DNA of 64,000 nucleotides from an uncultured Gemmatimonadaceae bacterium (lineage in GTDB: Bacteria; Gemmatimonadota; Gemmatimonadetes; Gemmatimonadales; Gemmatimonadaceae). A program made the position numbers and the translations under genes. Positions 32,140 to 42,034 of the stretch are shown here, piece after piece. Location: NCBI GenBank assembly GCA_963843845.1, contig CAWJMB010000003.1, forward strand, positions 128,001 through 192,000. Direction: 5' to 3'. The notes beneath the pieces were generated by a model. It had not been told where the DNA came from, did not search any database, and worked only from the letters and a program-made list of their open reading frames with translations. Numbering within the stretch: position 1 is the first letter of the stretch; every line of letters begins with the position of its first letter.

Positions 32140-33054
32140 TCAGGCCTTCACGGCCTCGGCCTCGGCGCGGATCGCGATCTGCGCGGTGCGCTCGCGCCGC
32201 GACGCCAGGAACAGCGTGGCGGCGGTGTAGAGCACGACGACGACGACGATCCACTTCACCGCGGTGAGTGGCAGCTCCTTCACGAGCAGCCCGGCGATGA
32301 GCGCCGCCGGGATCCCGCCGAGCAGCAGGCCGAGCGACGCGCGGACGTCGAACGCTCGCTCGCGTACGAAGCGCGCGCTGGCCGTCGGCATGAGGAACGC
32401 GCACGAGCCCATCATGATCGGGAACGCCGCCTTGGGGTTCATGCCGAGCAGGCTGATGAGGATCATGCACGGCGCGTAGAGCCCGATGCCGATCGTCATG
32501 AGCGCGCCGAGCGCGAAGTTGCCGACGAGCGCCGCGATGAACAGTCCGCCGTTCAGATCGAGCAGCGTGCCGCCGGTCGGGTCACCGATCGCCGTGCGCC
32601 AGGCGAGGATCAGTGCGAGCGTCGTCAGCGCGAACGCCATCCCGAGCTGCACACGCGCCCGCGGCCACTGCGACACCACGCCGGCGCCGAGCCACGCGCC
32701 GAGCGCCGCGGTGACGATCATCCCGATCAGCACCTTCGCGCTGACGTCGACGAGCCCCATGAAGATGAACGCCTGCGCGATCGTCGGCAGCACGTGGCCG
32801 ACGTTCAGCGTGCCCGGGATGCGCTCGTCGCGCACCATCTTCCACTGCCGGAAGATCGCCGTCGTCGTCGCGAACGACCCGATGCCCAACGTGTCGAAGA
32901 AGTTCGTCACGAACCCCGTCGCCACCCCTCCCGCCGTCGGCGTCGTCGGTTCACTCCGCTCGGCGCTCGCCCTGCGCACGCCGGTGACGAGCACGACGAC
33001 GTAGAACAGGCAGAACACGCCGAGCGCGACGAAGAGAATCAGCTTCGCGTCCAT
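32140..33054 (-). CDS. TauE/SafE-family permease
   Basis: NFFDTLGIGSFA, IPGTLNVG, IGIGLYAP, AFPIMMGSCAFL. Confidence 0.8.
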   Translation of the reverse strand: MDAKLILFVALGVFCLFYVVVLVTGVRRASAERSEPTTPTAGGVATGFVTNFFDTLGIGSFATTTAIFRQWKMVRDERIPGTLNVGHVLPTIAQAFIFMGLVDVSAKVLIGMIVTAALGAWLGAGVVSQWPRARVQLGMAFALTTLALILAWRTAIGDPTGGTLLDLNGGLFIAALVGNFALGALMTIGIGLYAPCMILISLLGMNPKAAFPIMMGSCAFLMPTASARFVRERAFDVRASLGLLLGGIPAALIAGLLVKELPLTAVKWIVVVVVLYTAATLFLASRRERTAQIAIRAEAEAVKA

Positions 33055-33160
33055 GATGGAGGCAGGGGAGGGCGGGGGCGGGGCGCAGGAGGCGCACCGC
33101 ACCATACCACGCGGCGCACGGTCGCGCGACGTCCCGCGCGGCGACGTCCTATCTTGCGGC

Positions 33161-34486
33161 ATGTCACCGACCGCCGAGATCGCGATCGTCGGCGCCGGCA
33201 TCGCCGGCGTCGCTGCGGCCTACCACCTCGCCGTACGCCAGGGTGTGCGGCACGTCGTGCTGATCGACGAGCGCGAGCCGCTGACGCTCACGAGCGCGGT
33301 CGGCACGCAAGGCTATCGCAACTGGTGGCCGGGGCCGGACGACACGATGTGCCGCTTCGTGTCGCGCAGCATCGGCATCCTCGACGAGCTGGCGGACGAG
33401 TGCGACAACGCGTTCCGGCTGTCGCGCCGCGGCTATCTGTTCGCGACGGCGCGCGGCGAGGGCGTCGATGACCTGCGGCGCGCCGCGCGCACGGTGAGCG
33501 CATACGGCATGGGCGAGGTGCGCGAGCACACCGAGTCGCGGACCTACGAGCCCGCGCGCGCCGAGGGCTACGCGGGCGCGCCCGGCGGCGCCGATCTGCT
33601 GACCGGCGACGCGCTCCGCACGGCGTTTCCCTACCTGGCGACGGACACCTCGGGCGCGCTCCACGTGCGCCGCGCCGGGTGGATGAACGCCGTCGCCCTC
33701 GGCGCCTGGATGCTGCGCCGCGCGGTCGGCGCCGGCGTCACCGTCGTGCGCGACCGCGTCGTCGGGATCGACGCGAGCGGTGGCCGCGTGCAGGGCGTGC
33801 GCCTCGCGTCCGGCGCCGCGCTGAGCGTGCCGCGCGTCGTGGTCGCCGCCGGCCCGACGCTCCCCGCGGCGGCGCGGCTGTTGGGCATCGACCTGCCGGT
33901 CCGCCTCGAGCTGCACGCGAAGATGACGTTTCGCGACGTGTACGGCGCGCTCCCGCGCTCGGCGCCGTTCTGCATCTGGAACGACCCGGTCGAGGTGTCG
34001 TGGGCGCCGAACGAGCGCGAGACGTTCGCGGCGGGCGCGCACGTGCGTCCGGTCGACGGCCCCCACGGCGACGAGGCGTGGCTGATCTGGACGTACGACG
34101 ACGTGCCGTGCGAGACGGCGCAGTGGCCGCCGTCGTTCGATCCGCGCCACGGCGAGATCCTGCTGCGCGGCGTCGCGCACATGATCCCCGCCTTCGCCGC
34201 CTACGCCGGCCGCGGCGCCGACGGGGTCGTCGACGGCGGGTACTACTGCAAGACGCCGGAGAACCGTCCGCTCGTCGGCCCGTGCGCCGTCGACGGCGCC
34301 TACCTGTGCGCCGCGTTCTCCGGCTTCGGGATCATGGCCGCGCACGCCGGCGGCGAGCTGCTCGCGGCACACGTCACCGGCGCCCCGCTGCCGGGGTATG
34401 CGGGCGCGCTGCTGCCCGCGCGCTACGACGACGCGGCCTACACCGCGCGGCTCGAGACGTTAGGCACGCGCGTCGGGCAGCTCTAG
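33161..34486 (+). CDS. FAD-dependent oxidoreductase (DAO/sarcosine oxidase-like)
   Basis: IVGAGIAG dinucleotide fold, GYYCKTPENRPLVG, SGFGIMAA. Confidence 0.88.
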   Translation: MSPTAEIAIVGAGIAGVAAAYHLAVRQGVRHVVLIDEREPLTLTSAVGTQGYRNWWPGPDDTMCRFVSRSIGILDELADECDNAFRLSRRGYLFATARGEGVDDLRRAARTVSAYGMGEVREHTESRTYEPARAEGYAGAPGGADLLTGDALRTAFPYLATDTSGALHVRRAGWMNAVALGAWMLRRAVGAGVTVVRDRVVGIDASGGRVQGVRLASGAALSVPRVVVAAGPTLPAAARLLGIDLPVRLELHAKMTFRDVYGALPRSAPFCIWNDPVEVSWAPNERETFAAGAHVRPVDGPHGDEAWLIWTYDDVPCETAQWPPSFDPRHGEILLRGVAHMIPAFAAYAGRGADGVVDGGYYCKTPENRPLVGPCAVDGAYLCAAFSGFGIMAAHAGGELLAAHVTGAPLPGYAGALLPARYDDAAYTARLETLGTRVGQL

Positions 34487-34906
34487 GTCGACGTCGAACC
34501 CCCGCGGCGTGAGCGCGAGCGCGGCGAGCGAGATCGTCTCGGCGAACGGCGCGTAGAGCGTGCGGAGGTGCTCGCGGTCGAGCGCCTCGGCGACGAGCAG
34601 CGCGACGGCGGCGGTGGTGACGAGGTACTGCGACGCGACCTCCGGCGGCGCGTCGGCGAGCTGATACCACGGCGTGCCGCGGAACAGCGCGTAGATCTCG
34701 TCTTGCAGCAGCCACATCTCGTCGTCGCGCCGCGTCCGCGCGATCGCCTCGCCGACGGCGTCTTCCGCGGCGTACCACGCGTCGCTGCGCCACCCGCCGT
34801 GTCGCCACGTCTGCACGACGCGCTTGAGCTCGGCGTGACTGAGTCGCGCGACGCGCGCCAGAAACGATTCGATCAGCCGCGTGTTCGGTCCGAGCGCGTG
34901 AGACAT
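34460..34906 (-). CDS. Hypothetical protein
   Basis: 148 aa ORF with normal codon usage (LGPNTRLIESFL...LYAPFA). Confidence 0.55.
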   Translation of the reverse strand: MSHALGPNTRLIESFLARVARLSHAELKRVVQTWRHGGWRSDAWYAAEDAVGEAIARTRRDDEMWLLQDEIYALFRGTPWYQLADAPPEVASQYLVTTAAVALLVAEALDREHLRTLYAPFAETISLAALALTPRGFDVDLELPDARA

Positions 34907-35011
34907 GTCCGACGGCGTGGCAAGCGCCGCGCCGTCGCGCTCGCGGCGCACGCCGTGCGTCGGGACGGTCGCCGCGTGCGAGCCGAGGGGCCTCACCGTC
35001 TCGTCCGCCGC

Positions 35012-35040
35012 TTGACTCGCCGGAGACACGCGCCTAACAT
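35012..35040 (+). promoter_or_regulatory. Sigma70-type promoter for metX-metB
   Basis: TTGACT-N17-TAACAT directly upstream of the riboswitch. Confidence 0.7.
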
Positions 35041-35059
35041 GTCGTCCACAACTGAAGTG

Positions 35060-35113
35060 CTCGTGGTGATTTGCCGCCTATTGCAGCCACGTTAAACAAA
35101 TGCTAAAACGCGA
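35060..35113 (+). ncRNA. SAM-II (SAM-alpha) riboswitch
   Basis: CGTGGTGATTTG...TTGCAGCCACGTTAAACAAATGCTAAAA matches the SAM-II consensus; lies upstream of methionine genes. Confidence 0.88.
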
Positions 35114-35243
35114 CACGCCCGGCGGCTGTACTCGCCCGGGCGTTTGTCGTTGGTAGCCGGTGCGCCCCGCGCGCGCCGGACTGCCGACTCAGCAACGGTC
35201 CTGTCGCAGGCGGCTCGTCCTCGGAATCGGCGTGGAGACGGGC

Positions 35244-36242
35244 ATGCAGTGGAGCGAACGGACGACCGGCGGCGTTGCAGCTGCCGAGCGAGCGGTGTGC
35301 GACCGCGACGAGCGCGGGGGCGACGAGCGCGGGCGCGACGTGTGGTGGGAGGTCGTCGGCCCGGCCGGCGCGCCGCTCGTCGTCGCGTTGGGCGGGATCT
35401 CCGCCACCCGTCACGCCTGCGCGACGGCGAGTGACCCGAGCCCCGGCTGGTGGGAACGGATCGTCGGCCCCGGCCGCGCGATCGACGTCACGCGCTACCG
35501 CGTGCTGGGGATCGACTGGCTCGACGGCGGGCGCGGCGCCGACGGCCGCGCGACGCACGTCGTCACCACGGACGACCAGGCCGCCGCCGTCGTCGACGCG
35601 CTCGACGCGCTCGGCGTTCGCCGAGCCCACGCGGTCGTCGGGGCATCGTACGGCGGCATGGTCGCACTCGCTCTCGCGTCGCGGTTCGGCGAACGCGTCG
35701 CGCATCTCGTCGTCATCAGCGCCGCGCACGCGCCACACCCGATGAGCACCGCGCTGCGCGCGATCCAGCGGCGCGTCGTCGCGCTGGGGCTCGAGACCGG
35801 GCGCGCCCACGACGCGCTCGCGCTCGCCCGCATGCTCGCGATGACGACCTACCGCGGTGCGCAGGAGTTCGGCGAGCGCTTCGACGTGACGCCCGACGCG
35901 ACGAGCGGGGGATGGGCCACGTTCCCCGTCGAGCGGTATCTCGCGCACCGCGGTGAGGCGTTCGCGACCCGCTGGTGTCCGGCGCGCTTCCTCGCGCTCT
36001 CGCTCTCCGCCGACCTGCACCGCGTCGACCCGGCCACGGTCCGCACGCCCGCGCTCCTCGTTGCAGCTGACGGCGACACGATCGTCCCGGGCGGCACGAT
36101 GGCCGAGCTCTCCGCGCGGCTCGGCGCGCCGAACGACTTCGTGACGCTCCCGACCCGCTACGGGCACGACGCCTTCCTGACCGAGCCGGCGCGCGTCGGC
36201 CGCCTGCTCGACACCGCACTCACGACCTGGAGCGCTCGATGA
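35244..36242 (+). CDS. metX: Homoserine O-succinyl/acetyltransferase (MetX family)
   Basis: ALGGISA, GWW..IVGPG..ID, GASYGGMV, YGHDAFL; ATGA overlap with metB. Confidence 0.88.
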   Translation: MQWSERTTGGVAAAERAVCDRDERGGDERGRDVWWEVVGPAGAPLVVALGGISATRHACATASDPSPGWWERIVGPGRAIDVTRYRVLGIDWLDGGRGADGRATHVVTTDDQAAAVVDALDALGVRRAHAVVGASYGGMVALALASRFGERVAHLVVISAAHAPHPMSTALRAIQRRVVALGLETGRAHDALALARMLAMTTYRGAQEFGERFDVTPDATSGGWATFPVERYLAHRGEAFATRWCPARFLALSLSADLHRVDPATVRTPALLVAADGDTIVPGGTMAELSARLGAPNDFVTLPTRYGHDAFLTEPARVGRLLDTALTTWSAR

Positions 36243-37475
36243 CCACGCCGCGTATCCCCCGTGCCGCGACGCGCGCCGTGCGCGCCGGCATCGCCACCGA
36301 TCTGCACCACGGCGCCGTCGTGCCGCCGCTCCACCTGTCGTCGACGTTCGCCTTCGCCGGCTTCGGCGAGAAACGTCCGTACGACTACACGCGCAGCGGC
36401 AACCCGACGCGCTCGCACCTCGCCGACGCGCTGGCCGAGCTCGAAGGCGGCGTCGGCGCCGTCGTCACGAGCACGGGGATGTCGGCCGTCGCGCTCGTGC
36501 TGCACCTGCTCTCGCCCGGAGATCTGGTGCTGGCAGCGCATGATTGCTACGGCGGCACGCACCGCCTGCTGACGGCGCTCGCCGGCCGCGGCCACTTCGA
36601 CGTCGCGTTCGTCGATCTCACGGCGACCGCGTCGGCCGAAGCGGTCATCGCCGCCCGGCGCCCGCGCCTCGTGTGGGTCGAGACGCCGAGCAACCCGCTG
36701 CTGCGCATCACCGACATCGGGCGCGTCGCCGCCGCGTCGCACGCCGTCGGGCGCGCTCGTCGTGGTCGACAACACGTTCCTCTCGCCGGCGCTCCAACAG
36801 CCGCTCGCGTTGGGCGCCGACGTCGTCGTCCACTCGACCACGAAGTACCTGAATGGGCACAGCGACGTCGTCGGCGGCGCGGTGATCGCGAACGACGCGG
36901 CGCTCGCCGAATCGTTGGGGTGGTGGGCGAACTGCCTCGGCGTGACGGGGGCGCCGTTCGACAGCTATCTCACCCTCCGCGGCGTGCGCACGCTGCACGC
37001 GCGCCTCGCGCAGCACCTCGCCAACGCGGAGGCGGTCGTCGATGCGTTAGGCCGGCACGACGCGGTGGCGCGCGTGTACTACCCCGGGCTCGCGTCGCAC
37101 CCCGGCCACGCGACGGCGCGCGCCCAGCAGCAGGGCTTCGGCGCGATGGTGAGCTTCGAGCTGCGCGGCGGGCCGGCGGCGGCCGAGCGCTTCTGCGCTG
37201 CGCTCCAGTGCTTCACGCTCGCCGAGTCGTTGGGCGGCGTCGAGAGCCTCGTCGCGCACCCCGCGACGATGACGCACGCGTCGATGGGTGCGGCGGCGCG
37301 GGCGGCGGCCGGGATCGGCGACGCGGTGCTTCGGCTGTCCGTCGGCATCGAGTGCGCGGACGATCTCGTCGACGACCTCGAGCGGGCCCTCGACGCGGCG
37401 TCCGCGCGAGCGACGCCGCCGCGCGCGATCGTTCCGCGTGTAACGCAGTGTGCCGGTCCGTTCACGCTTCGGTGA
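36239..37475 (+). CDS. metB: Cystathionine gamma-synthase / O-succinylhomoserine lyase, frameshift near 36750
   Basis: YDYTRSGNPTR, ETPSNP, VDNTFLSP, HSTTKYLNGHSD (PLP Lys), AESLGGVESL. Confidence 0.9.
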
Positions 37476-37580
37476 CGATCGTCCCCGCTGCCGCCCGGGC
37501 GGTCGCCGTCTCCCGCTGCATCGCCGCGATCGTCGCGGGACCGCACCCGACTCGTCGGCGTGGGATCGGCCGCCGGGGCG

Positions 37581-37862
37581 TCAGGCCACGCGGACGCCGC
37601 GCCAGAAGGCGACGTACCCGGCGATCTCTTTCGCCGCATCGCTCGGCGCCGGGTAGTACCACGCCGCGTCGCGGTTCGTCTCGCCCTCGACGACGACGTC
37701 GTAGTAGCTCGCGACGCCCTTCCAGGGACACGTCGTGTGCGTCGCGCTCGCCACGAGGTGCTCGTGCCGCACGGCCTCGGGCGGAAAGTACTGGTTTCCC
37801 TCGACCACCCGCGTCGCGTCGCTCTCGGCGATCACGACGCCCTTCCACGTCGCTGTCGGCAT
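37581..37862 (-). CDS. DUF427-family protein
   Basis: VIAES, VEGNQYFP, TTCPWKG.ASYY, AAWYYP. Confidence 0.92.
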   Translation of the reverse strand: MPTATWKGVVIAESDATRVVEGNQYFPPEAVRHEHLVASATHTTCPWKGVASYYDVVVEGETNRDAAWYYPAPSDAAKEIAGYVAFWRGVRVA

Positions 37863-37955
37863 GCCTCTCCTGGCGTTCGATGTGCGTTAGGCGCGTCGTG
37901 CCCCGACGACGCGCGTCGCGCGTGACATTCCGGACTTGCGACGCGCGACACGATA

Positions 37956-37973
37956 TGTAACGTCCGGTTGACA
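37956..37973. promoter_or_regulatory. PpsR/CrtJ-type palindrome upstream of hemE
   Basis: TGTAACGTCCGGTTGACA = TGT-N12-ACA. Confidence 0.65.
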
Positions 37974-38040
37974 CTTCCGACGTCCCTGACGTGACCCGCC
38001 GCGCCCGTTCGCGTGGCCGCGCCCCTCCCACGCCCGCCGC

Positions 38041-39144
38041 ATGACGCTCGCCGCACCGCCCGCCGCACCGCCCGCCGCACCGCCCGCCGCTCACGCCGGA
38101 CCGTTCGCCCGCGCCGCGCGCGGCCTGCCGACCGACTACACGCCCGTGTGGTTCATGCGGCAGGCGGGGCGCACGCTCCCCGAGTACCGCGCGCTCCGGG
38201 AGCGGTGGACGCTGCTCGAGATGTGCGCCGACCCCGCGCTCTGCGCCGAAGTCACGTTGCAGCCGATGCGCCGCATGCCGCTCGACGCCGCGGTCATGTT
38301 CGGCGACATCATGCTGCCGCTCGTCGGCGTCGGGATCGGGCTCGACATCGTCGAGAAGATCGGCCCCGTCATCGCCGAGCCGATCCGCGACATGCGCGGC
38401 GTCGAGCGGCTGCGCGACCTCGAGCCGGAGCAGGACGTCGCGGCCGCGCTCGACGCCGTGCGCATCGTCCGCGCCGAGCTGGCGCCGGAGCGCGCGGTGC
38501 TCGGCTTCGCCGGGGCGCCCTTCACGCTCGCCTCGTACCTGATCGAGGGACGCCCGACGCGCGACTTCGTGAAGACGAAGGCGATGATGTACGGGCACCC
38601 CGAGATGTGGGACGCGCTCATGACGCGGCTCGCGCGCATCGCGACGTCGTTCCTCCGCGCGAACGTCGCCGCCGGCGCCGCCGCCGTGCAGCTGTTCGAC
38701 AGCTGGGTCGGGGCGCTGAGTCTCACCGACTACCAGCGCTACATCGAGCCGTACACGCGGCGCATCTTCGCCGACCTGCGCGACCTCGACGTGCCGCTCG
38801 TGCACTTCGGGACGGGCACGGCGCATCTGCTCGAAGCGATGGCGACGGACGGCGCGACGGTCATCGGACTCGATTGGCGCGTGCCGATCGACGACGCCTG
38901 GGCGCGGATCGGGCCGGAGCACGGCGTCCAGGGCAACCTCGACCCGGTCACGTTGTTCGCCCCGCCGGACGTCGTCGAAGCGGCGGCGATCGACATCCTC
39001 GAGCGCGTCGGCAGTCGCCACGGCCACGTCTTCAACCTCGGCCACGGCCTGCTCCCCGAGACGCCGCTCTCGAACATCGAGCGGCTCGTCGACGTCGTCC
39101 ACGAACGGAGCGCGGCGATGCGAGCGCAGCATGGCGTCGCCTGA
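38041..39144 (+). CDS. hemE: Uroporphyrinogen decarboxylase
   Basis: PVWFMRQAGR, GFAGAPFTLASY, QLFDSW, QGNLDP, FNLGHG. Confidence 0.96.
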   Translation: MTLAAPPAAPPAAPPAAHAGPFARAARGLPTDYTPVWFMRQAGRTLPEYRALRERWTLLEMCADPALCAEVTLQPMRRMPLDAAVMFGDIMLPLVGVGIGLDIVEKIGPVIAEPIRDMRGVERLRDLEPEQDVAAALDAVRIVRAELAPERAVLGFAGAPFTLASYLIEGRPTRDFVKTKAMMYGHPEMWDALMTRLARIATSFLRANVAAGAAAVQLFDSWVGALSLTDYQRYIEPYTRRIFADLRDLDVPLVHFGTGTAHLLEAMATDGATVIGLDWRVPIDDAWARIGPEHGVQGNLDPVTLFAPPDVVEAAAIDILERVGSRHGHVFNLGHGLLPETPLSNIERLVDVVHERSAAMRAQHGVA

Positions 39145-40087
39145 CGGGTCGGGCGCCGCGCCGCTGCGGTTGGGCACCCGCGGCAGCGCGCTCGCGCTCG
39201 CCCAGGCGAACACCGTCGCCGGCCTGCTCCGCGCGCTCGGGGCGGCGGTCGATCTCGTCATCATCACGACGCAGGGCGACGTCCGCACCGACGTCCCGCT
39301 CGCGACGTTGGGCGGCGTCGGCGTGTTCGCCGCCGAGTTGGAGACGGCGCTGCGCCGCGGCGAGGTCGACCTCGCCGTGCACAGCGCGAAAGACCTGCCG
39401 TCGACGCTGACCGCGGACATGGCGCTCGCCGCGTTTCTCCCGCGCGTCGACGTGCGCGACGTGATCGTGTCGCGCGGCGACGTCTCGCTCGCCCGGCTGC
39501 CGCACGGCGCGGTCGTCGGCACGAGCAGTCCGCGCCGCGCCTGCCAGCTCCGCGCCGCGCGCCCGGACCTCGCGCTCCGCGACATCCGCGGCAACGTCGA
39601 CACGCGCCTTCGCAAGCTCGACGCGGGCGACTACGACGCGATCGTCCTCGCCGCCGCCGGCCTCACGCGACTCGGCCTCACCGACCGGATCAGCGAGCGC
39701 CTCACGTTCGACGTCATGCTGCCGGCGCCGGGACAGGGAGCGATCGCGATCGAGACGCGGGCCGACGACGCCCGCACACAGACCGCCCTCGCGCCGCTCG
39801 ACCACCGCGAGACCCGCATCGCCGTCACGGCCGAGCGGGCGTTCCTCGCGCGGTTGGGCGCCGGGTGCGCGGCGCCCGCCGCCGCGTACGCGGTGATCGA
39901 CGGCGACACGCTGCGCATGGAAGGGATGATCGGCTCGGCCGACGGCGACACCGTCCGGGCCTCGCGGACCGGCGCGCCCGACGCGCCGGCCGCACTCGGC
40001 GCCGCGGTCGCCGAGGCGCTGATCGCGGACGGCGGCGACGCCCTGCTCGCGCTGGCTGGCCTGCGTGACCGCGCCGTCGTCGCCTGA
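39131..40087 (+). CDS. hemC: Hydroxymethylbilane synthase
   Basis: GTRGSALALAQ, AVHSAKD, GTSSPRR, RGNVDTRL, PAPGQGA. Confidence 0.96.
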   Translation: MASPDGSGAAPLRLGTRGSALALAQANTVAGLLRALGAAVDLVIITTQGDVRTDVPLATLGGVGVFAAELETALRRGEVDLAVHSAKDLPSTLTADMALAAFLPRVDVRDVIVSRGDVSLARLPHGAVVGTSSPRRACQLRAARPDLALRDIRGNVDTRLRKLDAGDYDAIVLAAAGLTRLGLTDRISERLTFDVMLPAPGQGAIAIETRADDARTQTALAPLDHRETRIAVTAERAFLARLGAGCAAPAAAYAVIDGDTLRMEGMIGSADGDTVRASRTGAPDAPAALGAAVAEALIADGGDALLALAGLRDRAVVA

Positions 40088-40108
40088 CGCGTCGCGCGCC
40101 GCGAGGCG

Positions 40109-40982
40109 ATGACGGCGGCCGGAGTCGACGCAGCGATGTCGCCGCACGCCGAGCCGCCGCACGCCGAGCCGCCGCACGCCGAGCCGCCGCACGCCGAGCC
40201 GCCGGACGCCGGGCGTGCGGCCGGCGCCGATGCGGCGCCACTCGCCGGGCGCACCATAGCCGTCGCCCGGTCGCGGGACGGTGCCGCGCCGCTGATCGCC
40301 GCGCTCGAAGCGCTGGGCGCGAGCGGTGCTCGCGGCGCCGGCGATCCGGATCGTGCCGCCGCCGTCGTACGACGCGCTCGACGGTGCGCTCGCCCGCGTC
40401 GCGTCGTTCGACTGGGTCGCGTTCACGAGCGCGAACGGGGTCGCCGCGGTGGCGACGCGGCTGGACGCGCTGGGCGCCTCGCTCGACGGCGTTCGTGTCG
40501 CGGCGGTCGGCGGCGCGACGGCCGACGCGGCGCGGCGCGCGTTCGGACGGTGCGACCTCGTCCCCGCCCGGCAGACGGCGGACGGTCTCGCTGCCGCGCT
40601 CCCGCGGCCCTTCAACGCGCGCGTGCTCTTTCCCGGCGCCGACCGCGCGCGCGACGCGCTGCCGATGGGGCTCCGTGCCCGCGGCGCCCGCGTCACGCAG
40701 GTGACGGCCTACCGCACCGTGATCGCGCCCGACGCGCTGCACGACATCGCCGCGCGCGCCGCCGCCGGCGCCGTCGACGCGATCCTGCTGTCGAGTCCGT
40801 CGGGCGTCGAGGCGCTCGCCGACGCGTTGCGCAGGCTCGACGCGGCGCCGCCGCGTCTCGTCGCGATCGGCCCGGCGACGGCCGGGTCGTGCCGCGATCA
40901 TGGGTTCACGGTCGCTGCGGTCGCCGCCGCGCCGACGGACGACGCGCTCGTCGCGGCGGTCCGCGCCTGTTTCGCCGCCTAA
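40109..40982 (+). CDS. hemD: Uroporphyrinogen-III synthase, frameshift near 40325
   Basis: PLAGRTIAVAR, then FTSANGV, AAVGGAT, VTAYRT, SSPS, AIGPATA in the next frame. Confidence 0.85.
40141..40211 (+). repeat. 15-bp tandem repeat GCCGCACGCCGAGCC x4+ (PHAEP peptide repeat at the HemD N-terminus)
   Basis: Direct reading. Confidence 0.85.
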
Positions 40983-41005
40983 CGTTTCCTTCCGCCTCCT
41001 CGACG

Positions 41006-42034
41006 ATGGCGACTTCGTTTCTCTCCGCCGCGCCTCCGGCGCGCGATAGTGCCGACCCGCGCGGTGCGATCGGCCGCCTGCGCAAGCACCCCGTCGCCCG
41101 GCAGATGCTCGCCGAGACCGTGCTGCGTGCGGATCAGCTCATCCTGCCACTATTCATCCGCGCCGGGGCCGACGCGGTCGTCCCGATCACGTCGCTCCCC
41201 GGCCAGTCGCAGTGGACGGTCGACCGACTCGACGCGGAGCTCGACGAGATCGTCGCGTCGGGCATCCGCTCGGTGCTGCTCTTCGGTCTCCCGGCGTCGA
41301 AAGACGACGAGGGAAGCGGCGCGTGGGACGCCGACGGACCGGTGCCGCAGGCGATCCGCCGCGTCAGGGACCGGGCGCCGGGGCTGCTCGTCATCGCCGA
41401 CGTCTGCCTCTGCGAGTACACCGCGCACGGCCACTGCGGCCCGCTCGACGGCGACTGCGTCGACACGCACGCCGCGTTGCCGCTGCTCGCGCGCACGGCG
41501 GTCGCGTACGCCGACGCCGGCGTCGACGTCGTCGCGCCGAGCGCCATGATGGATGGACAGGTCGCGGCCATCCGCGGCGCCCTCGACGAGGCCGGGCACC
41601 GCGACGTGCCGATCCTCTCGTACTCGACGAAGTACGCGTCGGCGTTCTACGGGCCGTTCCGCGACGCCGTCGCGTCGGCGCCCGCGTTCGGCGACCGCGC
41701 CGCGCACCAGCTCCCGCCGGCGAGCGCGCGCGAGGCCGTGCGCGAGTCGCTGCGTGACGTCGACGAGGGGGCCGACATGCTGATGGTGAAGCCGGCGGGG
41801 GCGTACCTCGACGTCATCCAGCGCATCCGCCAGGAGACGCGCCTTCCGCTCGCCGCCTACCAGGTCAGTGGCGAGTACGCGATGCTCAAGGCCGCCGCGG
41901 AGCGCGGGTGGCTCGACGAGCGGCGCGCCGTGCTCGAGTCGCTGATCGCGATCCGCCGCGCCGGCGCCGATCTCGTCATCACCTACTACGCGAAGGACGT
42001 CGCACGCTGGCTGCGCGAGGATGCGGACCGATGA
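41006..42034 (+). CDS. hemB: Porphobilinogen synthase (Zn-binding type)
   Basis: DVCLCEYTAHGHCG, SAMMDG, KYASAFYGPFRDA, MVKP, AYQVSGEY. Confidence 0.96.
   Translation: MATSFLSAAPPARDSADPRGAIGRLRKHPVARQMLAETVLRADQLILPLFIRAGADAVVPITSLPGQSQWTVDRLDAELDEIVASGIRSVLLFGLPASKDDEGSGAWDADGPVPQAIRRVRDRAPGLLVIADVCLCEYTAHGHCGPLDGDCVDTHAALPLLARTAVAYADAGVDVVAPSAMMDGQVAAIRGALDEAGHRDVPILSYSTKYASAFYGPFRDAVASAPAFGDRAAHQLPPASAREAVRESLRDVDEGADMLMVKPAGAYLDVIQRIRQETRLPLAAYQVSGEYAMLKAAAERGWLDERRAVLESLIAIRRAGADLVITYYAKDVARWLREDADR

Noticed and set aside
35130..35243. SAM-I riboswitch
   Set aside because: It lacks the SAM-I core; the SAM-II consensus just upstream explains the regulation
40109..42034. HemD-HemB fusion (641-aa ORF)
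   Set aside because: HemD continues in another frame to a stop at 40982; the apparent fusion comes from the frameshift near 40325
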